Part shown: in pieces, positions 1-10,529 of the stretch
Position numbering within the stretch: the first letter of the stretch is position 1
Layout: the number at the start of each line of letters is the position of its first letter
Source: Candidatus Latescibacterota bacterium
GTDB taxonomy: Bacteria; Latescibacterota; UBA2968; UBA8231
Direction: 5' to 3'
Length of the DNA stretch: 64,000 nucleotides
Assembly (NCBI GenBank): GCA_965217585.1
Contig: OZ244561.1
Location: forward strand, 1,376,001-1,440,000
Program-made: the position numbers and the translations under genes
Notes under the pieces: model-generated
What the model saw: the letters and a program-made list of their open reading frames with translations, nothing else
Told to the model about the DNA's origin: nothing
Databases searched by the model: none

Positions 1-28
1 CACCGCGGCGCGGGCAAGGTAGGGGCGA

Positions 29-3000
29 GTGAAACTAGTCGAATTTTCCACCCGCCGCCGCGTCACAGTGGCGATGCTGATGGTGGCGATCATCGCCTTT
101 GGCGGTGTGGGTTTTTCGCGCCTAGCCGTCAATCTCCTCCCGGATATAACGTACCCGACGATCACCGTCCGCACCGAATACGAGGGCGTGGCCCCCCTCG
201 AGATCGAGCGCCTCATTTCCGAGCCGGTCGAAGGCTTGGTCGGCGTGGTCAGCAACGTGGTCCGCGTCTCGTCGATTTCGCGGCCAGGCATCTCCGATGT
301 GGTCGTCGAGTTCGGCTGGGGCACCAACATGGACTTTGCCTCGCTCGACATCCGCGAAAAGCTCGATTTGGCCAACCTGCCGCGCGACGCCGGCAAACCC
401 ATTCTCTTGCGCTTCGACCCCTCGCTCGACCCCGTAATGCGCCTAGCGTTTTACGGCAAGTTGAGCCTGATGGAGATGCGGCGCGTCGCCGAAGAGCGGC
501 TGCGCCCCGACCTCGAAAGTCTCGAAGGCGTAGCGGCCATCCGAATCAACGGCGGCCTAGAGGAAGAGATCCAAGTCGAAGTCGAAGCCCAACGCCTGGC
601 CTACCTCGGCATCTCCATCAGCCAAGTCACCAACCGCCTCGCCGCGGAAAACGTCAACCTGACCGGCGGAATGCTCAAGGACGGCGAAGCCGAGTTCCTC
701 GTCAGGACCCTCAACGAATTCCAAGGCATCGACGAGATCGGCGAAATCGTCATCGGCCAGATTGACCGCGCGCCGATCAAGCTCAAGGACGTCGGTCGCG
801 TCTTCCGCGGCCATCGCGAGCGCGACCTCGTCACCCGCATTAACGGCCGCGAGGGCGTCGAGGTCTCGGTCTTCAAGGAAGGCGACGCCAACACCGTCCA
901 AGTCAGCGCGGCGGTACAGGAGCGCTTAGACGAATTTCTCGCCGAAAACGCCTCGCTGCTCCAGGACAGCGGCATGGACGTGGTCTTCAACCAAGCGACC
1001 TTTATCCAGCAGGCCGTTGACGAGGTGCTCAACACCGCCATCATCGGCGGCATCCTCGCCATCATCGTGCTCTTTCTCTTCCTCCGCGACCTCAAAAGCA
1101 CGACCATCATCGGCCTCTCGATCCCCCTCTCAGTGGTGGCGACCTTTTTCCTGATGTTCGGCTCGGACGTAAGCCTCAATATCATGTCGCTGGGCGGGCT
1201 GGCGCTGGGAGTTGGGATGCTGGTTGACAACTCCATTGTGGTCTTGGAAAGCGTGCAGCGCTACCGCGCACAAGGGCTTAATGCCTTGGCAGCGGCCGTG
1301 CGCGGGGCTAGCGAGGTCGGCCGCGCCGTCATCGCCGCCACCACCACCACCATCTGCGTTTTTCTGCCCATCGTCTTCGTCGAGGGCGTCGCCGGCCAGC
1401 TCTTCCGCGATCAGGCACTGACCGTCACCTATTCGCTGGTCGCCTCCCTCGTGGTGGCGCTGATGCTGATCCCCATGCTCTCGTCGCTGAGCCTCGAGCG
1501 CATGATTGCCGAGGCCGACGAGACCGGCCCCAAACGCGGCGTCAAAGGCCCTGCGCTTCTCATCCGCCTGATCCGCGCCACAGCCAGCGGCGTCGGCCGC
1601 GTCTTCTCCACTCTACTCTTCCCGCTGTACTGGCTGTTCGACCTCGTCTTCAACGCACTCAACAAAACGTACCCGCTCTTCTTGAGCTGGGCGCTGCGCC
1701 GCCGCCTGCTGGTCCTGGCCATCTTTATCGCGCTGGGAGCCTTGGTCCTCGAACGGGCACGCGGCCTAGGGCTGGAGCTAATCCCGGAGATGAGCCAAGG
1801 CGAATTCCTCGTCGATTTGGAATGGCGTGCTGGCACCCCGCTGGAGCAGACCGCCGCTCAAGTCGCCGCCATTGACGGGCAGGTCCGCAGCCTCGATGGA
1901 ATCGCCTCGGTCTTTGCCCTCGTCGGCAGCAGTGGCCAGACCGGCGGCACGGCCGCCGATAAAAAGGAGCACACCGCCCACCTCCTCGTGCGGCTCGCAC
2001 CGGAGGCCGGCGAAGACGCGGCCATCGAAGCGGTGCGCGGCCTCCTCGGGGACATTCCCGACCTGAAGTTCAAATTCTCGCGGCCGACTTATTTTTCTTT
2101 TCGCACCCCCATAGAGGTGGAAATCAGCGGCTACAGTCTGAGCACCCTCGATCTGTTGGCCGACCAAGCGGTCGAGCGTCTGTACACCATCCCCGGGCTG
2201 ACCGACATCCGCTCGAGCACGGCCGGCGGACAACCCGAAGTCCAGATATTCTTCGACCGCCGGCGCGTCGCCGAACTGGGCACCACCGTGCAGAATATCG
2301 GCGAGCTGTTGCGCAACAAGCTGCAAGGCGATGTCGCCACCGAGTTAGCGCGCCGCGACCGCAAGGTCGATATCCGGGTGCGCGCCCTCGACGAGGAGCG
2401 CCAGACCGTCGCCGACCTCAAGCGCATGGTCGTCAGCCCGGCCTCCTATCCAGTGCCGGTCGCGCTCGAATCGGTCGCCGAAGTACAGGCCGTGGACGGC
2501 CCCACCGAGATCCGCCGCCTCGACCAAGAGCGCGTCGCCGTCATCTCGGCCAACCTCGACGGCCGCGATTTGGGCGGCGTAGTAGAGGAGATCGAAGCCA
2601 CCCTTGCCGACTTGCCCCTGCCCGAGGGCTTCACCGTGGCCATCGGTGGCCAGAACGAAGAAATGGTGCGCTCCTTCGACAGCATGCAATTCGCCCTGCT
2701 ACTGGCCGTATTCTTGGTCTATCTGGTAATGGCCTCGCAGTTTGAATCGCTTTTGCACCCGCTGGTCATCATGTTCACCATTCCCTTGGGGCTAATCGGC
2801 AGCGCCCTCGGCCTGCTCGCGACGGGCACCACCATCAGCGTGGTGGTGCTCATTGGCCTGATCATGCTCGCCGGCATTGTCGTCAACAACGCCATCGTCC
2901 TCGTCGATTATATCAATCATCTGCGCCGCAATGAGGGGATGGAAAAATTCGCCGCGGTGCTGCGCGCTGGCGAGGTGCGCTTCCGGCCGATCCTAATGAC

Positions 3001-3169
3001 GACCTCGACCACCGCCCTCGGGCTGTTGCCCATGGCCATAGGGCTGGGCGAGGGGGCCGAGATCCGCGCACCTATGGCCATTACCGTCATCGGCGGGCTT
3101 TTGGTATCCACCCTGCTGACCCTGGTGCTCATTCCCGTGGTCTATACCCTGATGGATCGCAGCGCTTAG
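29..3169 (+). CDS. RND efflux transporter permease (AcrB/AcrD/AcrF family)
   Basis: 1046 aa, 12-TM RND layout; motifs 'LGVGMLVDNSIVVLE', 'QFESLLHPLVIMFTIPL', 'RFRPILMT'. Confidence 0.95.
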   Translation: MKLVEFSTRRRVTVAMLMVAIIAFGGVGFSRLAVNLLPDITYPTITVRTEYEGVAPLEIERLISEPVEGLVGVVSNVVRVSSISRPGISDVVVEFGWGTNMDFASLDIREKLDLANLPRDAGKPILLRFDPSLDPVMRLAFYGKLSLMEMRRVAEERLRPDLESLEGVAAIRINGGLEEEIQVEVEAQRLAYLGISISQVTNRLAAENVNLTGGMLKDGEAEFLVRTLNEFQGIDEIGEIVIGQIDRAPIKLKDVGRVFRGHRERDLVTRINGREGVEVSVFKEGDANTVQVSAAVQERLDEFLAENASLLQDSGMDVVFNQATFIQQAVDEVLNTAIIGGILAIIVLFLFLRDLKSTTIIGLSIPLSVVATFFLMFGSDVSLNIMSLGGLALGVGMLVDNSIVVLESVQRYRAQGLNALAAAVRGASEVGRAVIAATTTTICVFLPIVFVEGVAGQLFRDQALTVTYSLVASLVVALMLIPMLSSLSLERMIAEADETGPKRGVKGPALLIRLIRATASGVGRVFSTLLFPLYWLFDLVFNALNKTYPLFLSWALRRRLLVLAIFIALGALVLERARGLGLELIPEMSQGEFLVDLEWRAGTPLEQTAAQVAAIDGQVRSLDGIASVFALVGSSGQTGGTAADKKEHTAHLLVRLAPEAGEDAAIEAVRGLLGDIPDLKFKFSRPTYFSFRTPIEVEISGYSLSTLDLLADQAVERLYTIPGLTDIRSSTAGGQPEVQIFFDRRRVAELGTTVQNIGELLRNKLQGDVATELARRDRKVDIRVRALDEERQTVADLKRMVVSPASYPVPVALESVAEVQAVDGPTEIRRLDQERVAVISANLDGRDLGGVVEEIEATLADLPLPEGFTVAIGGQNEEMVRSFDSMQFALLLAVFLVYLVMASQFESLLHPLVIMFTIPLGLIGSALGLLATGTTISVVVLIGLIMLAGIVVNNAIVLVDYINHLRRNEGMEKFAAVLRAGEVRFRPILMTTSTTALGLLPMAIGLGEGAEIRAPMAITVIGGLLVSTLLTLVLIPVVYTLMDRSA

Positions 3170-3177
3170 GAGGTTTT

Positions 3178-6100
3178 ATGTCCCTGTCTGAATTCTCGCT
3201 CAAACGGCCCGTGACCACGTTGATGCTCACCTTGTGCGCCTTGGTGGTGGGTGTCGTCGCCTTAGATCGCTTGCCCATGGAGCAGTTGCCGACCATTTCC
3301 TCTTCGGGGATCACGGCCCGAGTTCAGTACAACAATTCCTCTCCCGAAGAGATCGAGCGCTCGGTGACCTTGCCATTGGAGCAGACGCTGGGCACACTCA
3401 ACAATATCGACCGCATGAGTGCGAGCTCGGGGCACAATCGGGGCGAGGTGCGGGTGGACTTCAAGGCCGGCACCGACATGGATTTGGCCAACATGGAGAT
3501 GCGCGAAAAACTCGACCAAGCCCGCGCCCTCCTGCCCTCGGACGTCGATCGCGTCAGCCTGCGCCGCTGGCAATCCGACCAGCGCCCCACTGTGTACGCC
3601 AATCTGGCTTGGCTCGGCGACGGCGACCGCCTGCTCGACGTAATCCAAAAGGTCATCGAGCCGCGGCTATTGCGGCTCAACGGCGTCGCCAACGTGGTCA
3701 TCGACGACCTCGAAGAGAAACAGCTCATCGTCGAGCTCGACCAGGAGCGCCTGCAGACCCACAATATATCGCTGTCCTCGCTCGGCTGGCAGCTCAACGC
3801 GAACAACACCAACATTTCTTTGGGCCGGATCATGGATGGCGACCAGCGCTATATGGTCCGCGCCATCGGCGAGTTCACCCGCGCCGAGGATATTGCCAAT
3901 ATGCCGCTGTTGGGTGGTCAGTTTCGCCTCGGCGACATCGGCGAGATCAACTACGGCTTCCCCGAAAAGCGCAGCTACGAGCGGCTCAACGGCACCGACG
4001 CGCTACAACTGGAAGTTTTCAAAGCCTCCACCGCCAATGTCGTCGATGTCGGCGAGGTCATCGTCGCTGAGTTGGAGGCGATTGAAGCCGAATACGCGGG
4101 CCAACTCGAGGTTGCCATCGTCCGCAATCGCGCTGAGTCCGTGCTTAAGGACGCCGGCACCCTCCTCAACTCGGCGATGCTGGGCGCGTTTTTGGCGATG
4201 ATTATCATTTTTGTCTTTCTGCGCAATATCCGCTCGACCATCGTCATCGCCCTCGCCATCCCCATCTCGGCGCTGGGCGTCTTTATCGGCATGTACGTCG
4301 CCCGCGAGGTCTTTGAATCGACCATCACCCTCAACATGGTCTCGATGATGGGGCTGATGCTGGCAGTGGGGATGTTGGTCGATCCGGCGGTGGTGGTGCT
4401 GGAGAGCATCTTCCGCCGCCGCCAAGAAGACGGCCTCGAAGCCGAAGAGGCCGCCCGCGTCGGCAGCCGCGAAGTCGGTATGGCGGTTCTAGCCTCGGCA
4501 CTGACGACGATCTGCGTCTTCGTGCCCTTCTTCTTCCTCTCCGATGGCCGCTCGGCCACGTGGATGAAGGACGCTGGGATTGCGATATGCCTCGCCGTGG
4601 TGGTGTCGATGATCGTCTCGTTGTCGCTTATTCCGCTGGCTTCCTCCCGACTGCTCCGCGCTGGGATCGAGCGCTACGACCGCTGGCTCAAACTGCTGGT
4701 CGTCGCGGTCGTAGTCGGCATTGCCTACTGGCAGATCAGCCCCGTTGGCTGGAGCGGTTTGCAGTCTTGGTGGGTCCGTTGGTCCGGGCTGATTGCCACC
4801 TCAATCGGCGGGATGCAGTGGCAAACCATCGTCGGCTGCGCACTCACTGCGCTGGCCGGAGCCGCGCTCGGCTGGTACTGCTCCCGCCACGGCCTGCGCG
4901 CCTCGTACGGCCGCTTGCTCAACTGGACGCTCGACCACCGCTGGGTCGCGCTAGTGGCCACAATGGCGCTGACCGGCACCGGCTATTACCTCTACGACCA
5001 AATCGAACAGCGCGGCACTCCCTGGACCCCAGAGCGCCGGGTGGATATGTCGGTGATCATCGACCGCAGCTACAGCCTGGATGAGATCCGCGCGCACTTC
5101 GACCAGATCGAAGACATCCTCCTAGCGCAAAAGGACACGCTCGACCTCGAATCGCTGACCACGCGCTTCCGCCAACGCCGAGGCAGCATCCGCGCCTATC
5201 TCGTCGATGCCGACGCGGGCAAGCTCTCGACCATGGAGGCCGGCAATGCGATCAAGAACCTGCTGCCGGAGAAGGTCGGCTACACGTACAAAATGGGCCG
5301 CTCGCGCAGTTGGTCGGGCAATCAACTCGGCGTTGAGGTCCAGCTCCACGGCCGCAATCCAGAAGTCCTAGCAGTGCTAATGGAGGACGTCAAAGCCGGT
5401 CTCGAACAGCTACCCGGGGTCCAGGACGTCGATAGCAGCCTCGAAGACGGCGAGGAGGAAGTCCGCGTCGAAATCAACCGCGCCCAAGCACTCAGCTATG
5501 GGCTGTCGCCGCGCGAGGTAGCCCAGGGCATCTCCTCGGCCTTGGGCACCCGCCGCACCAGCGGCTTCAAAAGCGACGACCGCGAAATCGACATCGTCAT
5601 GCAGCTCAACGAGGGCGACCGCGCCACCCTAGACCAGCTCAAAAACAGCCGCTACGAGAGCCGCGACGGCAGTTCGGTCCAGCTCGCGTCGTTGGCCGAC
5701 TTCCAGCTTAGCCGCGGCCCCCGCGATCTCAGACGCGAGAATCGGGTCCTCAACGTCACCGTCTTCGCCAACACCGAAAACCGCAACGCAGCCCGCGCGC
5801 TGACGGAGCCGATCAGTCAAATGATGAACGGGATGCAGTTGCCCCCCGGCTATAGCTGGGATTTGGGCCGGGCGGCGCGCTGGCAGCAAGAGGAGGCCAG
5901 CGACAACCACTTCACCGCCATTTTTGCCATACTATTGATCTACCTGATCATGGCCTCGCTCTTCGAGTCCCTGATCCATCCCTTAACCATCATCTTCGCC
6001 ATCCCCTTCTCCCTGATCGGCGTGGCCTTGGGGCTGTATGTCCTCGACGTGCCCTTTGACAACAACGGTGTCTTGGGGCTTTTGATCCTCTTCGGCATCG

Positions 6101-6450
6101 TCGTCAACAACGGCATCGTGCTAATCGCCCATATCAACCACCTGCGGGCGAGCGGGCTGTCGCGGCGCGAGGCGATCTGCTTCGGCGGCCAGCACCGGCT
6201 CCGGCCCATCCTGATGACCGCCTTTACCACCATCCTCAACTTGATGCCGATCGTGCTGCCGATGGTCTATGGCACGTCCGAGGGCTTTGCCCGTCGCTGG
6301 GGACCGGTGGGCTTGGTCGTCGCCAGCGGCTTGGCCACCTCGACGTTGCTGACCCTGATGCTAGCCCCAACCCTCTACTCGCTGTTAGACGATCTAGCGC
6401 TGTGGTGCAAGCGCGTGGTGCGCACATCGCACAGAATGGCCCATGTATGA
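3178..6450 (+). CDS. Second RND efflux permease (AcrB family paralog)
   Basis: 1090 aa; 'LAVGMLVDPAVVVLE', 'LFESLIHPLTI', 'RLRPILMT'; AGGAGG RBS. Confidence 0.93.
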   Translation: MSLSEFSLKRPVTTLMLTLCALVVGVVALDRLPMEQLPTISSSGITARVQYNNSSPEEIERSVTLPLEQTLGTLNNIDRMSASSGHNRGEVRVDFKAGTDMDLANMEMREKLDQARALLPSDVDRVSLRRWQSDQRPTVYANLAWLGDGDRLLDVIQKVIEPRLLRLNGVANVVIDDLEEKQLIVELDQERLQTHNISLSSLGWQLNANNTNISLGRIMDGDQRYMVRAIGEFTRAEDIANMPLLGGQFRLGDIGEINYGFPEKRSYERLNGTDALQLEVFKASTANVVDVGEVIVAELEAIEAEYAGQLEVAIVRNRAESVLKDAGTLLNSAMLGAFLAMIIIFVFLRNIRSTIVIALAIPISALGVFIGMYVAREVFESTITLNMVSMMGLMLAVGMLVDPAVVVLESIFRRRQEDGLEAEEAARVGSREVGMAVLASALTTICVFVPFFFLSDGRSATWMKDAGIAICLAVVVSMIVSLSLIPLASSRLLRAGIERYDRWLKLLVVAVVVGIAYWQISPVGWSGLQSWWVRWSGLIATSIGGMQWQTIVGCALTALAGAALGWYCSRHGLRASYGRLLNWTLDHRWVALVATMALTGTGYYLYDQIEQRGTPWTPERRVDMSVIIDRSYSLDEIRAHFDQIEDILLAQKDTLDLESLTTRFRQRRGSIRAYLVDADAGKLSTMEAGNAIKNLLPEKVGYTYKMGRSRSWSGNQLGVEVQLHGRNPEVLAVLMEDVKAGLEQLPGVQDVDSSLEDGEEEVRVEINRAQALSYGLSPREVAQGISSALGTRRTSGFKSDDREIDIVMQLNEGDRATLDQLKNSRYESRDGSSVQLASLADFQLSRGPRDLRRENRVLNVTVFANTENRNAARALTEPISQMMNGMQLPPGYSWDLGRAARWQQEEASDNHFTAIFAILLIYLIMASLFESLIHPLTIIFAIPFSLIGVALGLYVLDVPFDNNGVLGLLILFGIVVNNGIVLIAHINHLRASGLSRREAICFGGQHRLRPILMTAFTTILNLMPIVLPMVYGTSEGFARRWGPVGLVVASGLATSTLLTLMLAPTLYSLLDDLALWCKRVVRTSHRMAHV

Positions 6451-8789
6451 ATAGGACTGAACGCAGAGAGGACGCTGTAGAGCCGCCTTTTCGCGCCACC
6501 GTGCCACCGCAGGTGCGGCGCGAACTGGCCGAGGTAGTAGGCCTCGACGAAGAGCTTCGCTTGGCGGTGGCTACCGATATCAAGCTCGACGGCCAGTACG
6601 GCGAGGCGTGGCTAATGGCCACCGACGACCATCTGGTGGCCTTCAGCCCCGACAGCGGTGGCCCGCCCGATATGGTCTGCCTGCCCCTAGCCGAGATAAA
6701 CGGGGTGGAGGTGCGCGAGGATTGGGGGACTGCAGCCCTCAAGGTCCGCACCGAGGAGCGGGGCGCGACCATGGCCGTATTCTCCAAGAGCCTAGTGCCA
6801 GCGCTGTCCGAACTGCCCAATCAGGTCGAGCGCCTAGTCAGACAAGCGCACTTGACAGAAGCCGAAGGCGAGGTGCTCCACGGGCGACTGGCCGGAGCGC
6901 GGGCTGGGCGCGAGCGCTGCGACCGTTGCGGCCAAGTCATTCCGCGCCACTACGGAGTATGCCCGGCCTGTCTGGAAAAGGGCAAGCTGCTGTTCCGGCT
7001 GTTGGGCTATGCCCAGCCGCATTGGAAGCTCATTACCCTGAGCCTGTTGCTCATGGTGGTGGCCACGACCATTGGCCTGAGCCAGCCGCTGCTGATGAGG
7101 GTTCTCATCGACGATGTCTTGAATGCCGGTGCCCTTTCGTCTATGGGCGATGAGGCGGACTTTGATCTGCTGGCTCTTTTGCCGGGGGCCAAGGGCGAGC
7201 CGGCCGCGGCGCTGGCTTGGCTGGTGGGCTTGTTGATATGGATAAACCTCACCGTCAGCGGCTTGTCGGGGCTGCGTGGCTACATCATGGCCCGCATCGG
7301 CCAGCGCGTTACCTACGGTCTGCGCAACGAAGTGTACACTCACCTCCACGCACTGTCGCTTAGTTATTACAACAAAAACGAGACTGGGCGCATCATGGCC
7401 AGCGTCACCCAAGACGTGGGCCGCTTGCAGGACTTTATCAGCGACGGTCTGCAAGAAGCCATCCGCGATGTGCTCACCTTGGTCATTATTTGCATCATCC
7501 TCTTTGCGCTCAATCCCGGGCTGGCAGCCCTAATTTTGCTGCCGACGCCTCTATTGGTGTGGGCGACGCTGCGCTTTGGCAAGCGGCTGCACGCCATCTA
7601 CCGGCCGTTGTGGCACCGCTGGGCGGGCCTTAGCGCCCTGCTGGCCGATACCATCCCGGGCGTGCGCGTGGTCAAGGCATTTGCCCAAGAACAGCGGGAA
7701 GTGGGCAAATTCAAGGGCCGCAGCCTAGATTTGCTGCAGGGCGAATTGCGGGTGGCGTGGATGCGCAGCCTGTTCGGCCCGGTCATGACCTTTATAACCT
7801 CCATCGGCACCATCATCATCTGGTGGGTCGGTGGCCGCGATATTTTGGCTGGTGAGCTGACGTTGGGGGACTTTGTCGCCTTTACCAGTTACATGTATCG
7901 CTTCTACGGGCCGGTGGAGAGCTTGTGCCGCCTCAATCACCGCTTCCAGCGCGCCGCCACCTCGGCCGAGCGCGTCTTTGAAGTACTCGATACCCACCCA
8001 GAGGTGATCGACCAGCCCGGGGCTATGACCATGCCGCCCATCGAGGGCCGGGTCGAATTCCGCGGCGTCCACTTCGGCTATGAGGAAGACAAGCCGGTCA
8101 TTGAGGATTTGAATTTCGTCGTCGAGCCGGGCGAGATGATCGGCTTGGCTGGGCACAGCGGCGCTGGCAAAAGTACCTTGATCAACCTCATCTGCCGCTT
8201 CTACGAGCCTCAGGAAGGGGCCATTCTCATCGACGGCCACGACGCCCGCCATGTGAACCTCAAATCGCTGCGCGAGCAGATTGGCGTAGTCTTGCAGGAT
8301 CCGTTCCTCTTCAACGGCACGGTGGCCGACAACATTGCCTACGGCCATCCCGCAGCTTCCCTCGAACAGATCGTCGCCGCCGCCAAGGCCGCCAATGCGC
8401 ACGACTTCATCATGAACATGGCCGACGGGTACGATACCTTGGTGGGCGAACGCGGCACCCGCGTATCCGGGGGCGAGCGGCAGCGGCTGTCCATTGCCCG
8501 GGCCATTTTGCGCGACCCGCGCATTCTCATCCTCGACGAAGCTACCTCCAACGTCGATACCGAGACCGAATCGCAGATTCAGGAGGCGTTGGAGCGGCTC
8601 GTCAAAGGGCGCACCACCTTTGCCATTGCCCATCGCTTATCCACCCTCAAAAACTCCCACCGCCTGCTCATTCTCGACAAAGGTAAACTCGCCGAGATCG
8701 GCACCCACGACGAATTGATTGAACAGGACGGCATCTACGCCAAGTTGTGCCGCATGCAGGCTGAAATGTCCAAACTGAGGGCCTGGTAA
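6447..8789 (+). CDS. ABC exporter (fused permease + ATPase) with N-terminal extension and CxxC..CxxC
   Basis: Walker A GHSGAGKST, signature VSGGERQR, Walker B LILDEATS; ATG at 6447 overlaps the upstream TGA (ATGA). Confidence 0.9.
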   Translation: MNRTERREDAVEPPFRATVPPQVRRELAEVVGLDEELRLAVATDIKLDGQYGEAWLMATDDHLVAFSPDSGGPPDMVCLPLAEINGVEVREDWGTAALKVRTEERGATMAVFSKSLVPALSELPNQVERLVRQAHLTEAEGEVLHGRLAGARAGRERCDRCGQVIPRHYGVCPACLEKGKLLFRLLGYAQPHWKLITLSLLLMVVATTIGLSQPLLMRVLIDDVLNAGALSSMGDEADFDLLALLPGAKGEPAAALAWLVGLLIWINLTVSGLSGLRGYIMARIGQRVTYGLRNEVYTHLHALSLSYYNKNETGRIMASVTQDVGRLQDFISDGLQEAIRDVLTLVIICIILFALNPGLAALILLPTPLLVWATLRFGKRLHAIYRPLWHRWAGLSALLADTIPGVRVVKAFAQEQREVGKFKGRSLDLLQGELRVAWMRSLFGPVMTFITSIGTIIIWWVGGRDILAGELTLGDFVAFTSYMYRFYGPVESLCRLNHRFQRAATSAERVFEVLDTHPEVIDQPGAMTMPPIEGRVEFRGVHFGYEEDKPVIEDLNFVVEPGEMIGLAGHSGAGKSTLINLICRFYEPQEGAILIDGHDARHVNLKSLREQIGVVLQDPFLFNGTVADNIAYGHPAASLEQIVAAAKAANAHDFIMNMADGYDTLVGERGTRVSGGERQRLSIARAILRDPRILILDEATSNVDTETESQIQEALERLVKGRTTFAIAHRLSTLKNSHRLLILDKGKLAEIGTHDELIEQDGIYAKLCRMQAEMSKLRAW

Positions 8790-8793
8790 ACCC

Positions 8794-9303
8794 ATGCAGC
8801 ACGATACGTTAGCCGCTGAAGTCGCCTATCTCGACCCAGACAAAGCGCGGTTTTTTGTCGATGCTTTCGAGGACTTGAACCTAGAGTTGACCGGGGACCA
8901 GACCTATCCGAGGGTCCGGGTCAAACGGGCTTTTCCCCTGAGCTGCGACGACTGCTTTATCGTCGTCCAAGATCGCGAAGGCAAGGAGATTGGCTCGCTC
9001 GCCCGGCTCGACTCGCTAGATCGGGCCAGCCGTCAAGCCGTAGAAGGCGAATTGGAGCGGGCCTATTTCTCTCCGCACATCCAGCGCATCGTCAACGTGA
9101 CAGTGGCCAACCGAGTGCCGCGCTGGGAAGTAGAGACCGACCGGGGACCCCGCGCCTTTGAAATCTATTCCAGCCGCCGCGATATCCGCCATTTGGGCGG
9201 CGGGCGGGTACTGGTGCAAGACGCCGACGGCAACCGCTACGAAATCCCCGATTACCGGCTCTTGGAACCAGCCAGCCGGGCCTTGGTCGAGGAATTGCTG
9301 TGA
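8794..9303 (+). CDS. DUF1854 family protein
   Basis: 'RAFPLS', 'ELERAYFSP', 'WEVETDRGPR', 'DADGNRYEIPD'; typical partner of this ABC type. Confidence 0.8.
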   Translation: MQHDTLAAEVAYLDPDKARFFVDAFEDLNLELTGDQTYPRVRVKRAFPLSCDDCFIVVQDREGKEIGSLARLDSLDRASRQAVEGELERAYFSPHIQRIVNVTVANRVPRWEVETDRGPRAFEIYSSRRDIRHLGGGRVLVQDADGNRYEIPDYRLLEPASRALVEELL

Positions 9304-9367
9304 GGGATCGGCCAAGTGCGCTACGGAGAATGGCTAACAGCATCACCACTAAGGAAAAGGAAAACGC

Positions 9368-10357
9368 ATGCGCCAAGGGATGTTCAAGTTGTCGATGACG
9401 CTGGGCAGAAGCCCACGAGAGCAACCCGAGCGGGTGAAGATCTGCCGGGAAATGGGCGTCACCGGCTGCGTAACCTCGCCACCCCTCGACGGGATAGGCC
9501 GCGATCAGTACGCGGCGGCCATGCGCCAGCAGAAGGAGGGATGGGCCGAGGCAGGGTTTTCGATCCCCGTGTACGAGACCATGACGCCCACCCGCTCCGA
9601 ACACATACGCCGAGGGACCCCGGGCCGCGATGAAGAACTGTTGGATTTTATCGCCGCTGTGGAGGCCATGGGCAAAGTCGGCATTCCCGTGCTGTGCTAC
9701 AACCTCGGCGCTGGCGGCTCCCGCACCGATTGGGTGCCCACGCGCGGCGGTGCCATTTCCTCGCAATTCGACTATGCGGAGTCGCACCAAGAGCCACCTT
9801 TTGCGGAGACCCAAACGGAGGAGGAACTCTGGAACAACCTGGCTTGGCTGCTCGAGCGCATCATTCCCGTCGCCGAGAAGGCCAATGTCCGCATGGGCTA
9901 TCACCCCAACGACCCGCCGATCTCGCCCTATCGGGGTTCCGCCCAAATCATGGTCAGCGCCGACGCGTACCGCCGCCTAATCAAGATCGCGCCGAGTCCT
10001 TGCAACGGCGTCACGTTCTGCCAAGGCAATTTCAAGGCTATGGGTGAGGATATCTACTCGGTGGCGCGGGAGCTCACCGAGCAGGGCAAGGTTCACTTTA
10101 TCCACTACCGCGACGTCGAGGGCACTGCGGGAACGCGGTTTACGGAAACCTTTCACGACGACGGGCCTACGGATATGGCCCGGATGCTGGAAATCTACTC
10201 CCGCGCCGGCTTCGTAGGACCCATTCGCCCCGACCATGCGCCGACGATGGGGGCCGAAGATGCGGAGACGACCCGTGGCTACGGCATGCTGGGGAAGATA
10301 TTCGCCTTCGGCTACATGATCGGCATGATGCAGGCGCAAAACCTAGCCTACGAATGA
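9368..10357 (+). CDS. uxuA: Mannonate dehydratase-like protein
   Basis: 'VLCYN', 'YHPNDPP', 'GVTFCQG', 'IHYRDV', 'ETFHDDG', 'IRPDHAP'. Confidence 0.75.
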   Translation: MRQGMFKLSMTLGRSPREQPERVKICREMGVTGCVTSPPLDGIGRDQYAAAMRQQKEGWAEAGFSIPVYETMTPTRSEHIRRGTPGRDEELLDFIAAVEAMGKVGIPVLCYNLGAGGSRTDWVPTRGGAISSQFDYAESHQEPPFAETQTEEELWNNLAWLLERIIPVAEKANVRMGYHPNDPPISPYRGSAQIMVSADAYRRLIKIAPSPCNGVTFCQGNFKAMGEDIYSVARELTEQGKVHFIHYRDVEGTAGTRFTETFHDDGPTDMARMLEIYSRAGFVGPIRPDHAPTMGAEDAETTRGYGMLGKIFAFGYMIGMMQAQNLAYE

Positions 10358-10529
10358 GGAAGAGCCAAGCGTGGACGCGGCCGTCACCGCCGGGTACTAC
10401 TGAGATAATTTCTACTCTTTTCTTCGGGTCACGCTTTCTCGATTTCGACTTTCCCACAGTCGTCGAAGTTTCGCTACCGCGCATCTTGGACTTTTTCGCC
10501 CAACACCACCGCTAAAGGCTGTAATAATC

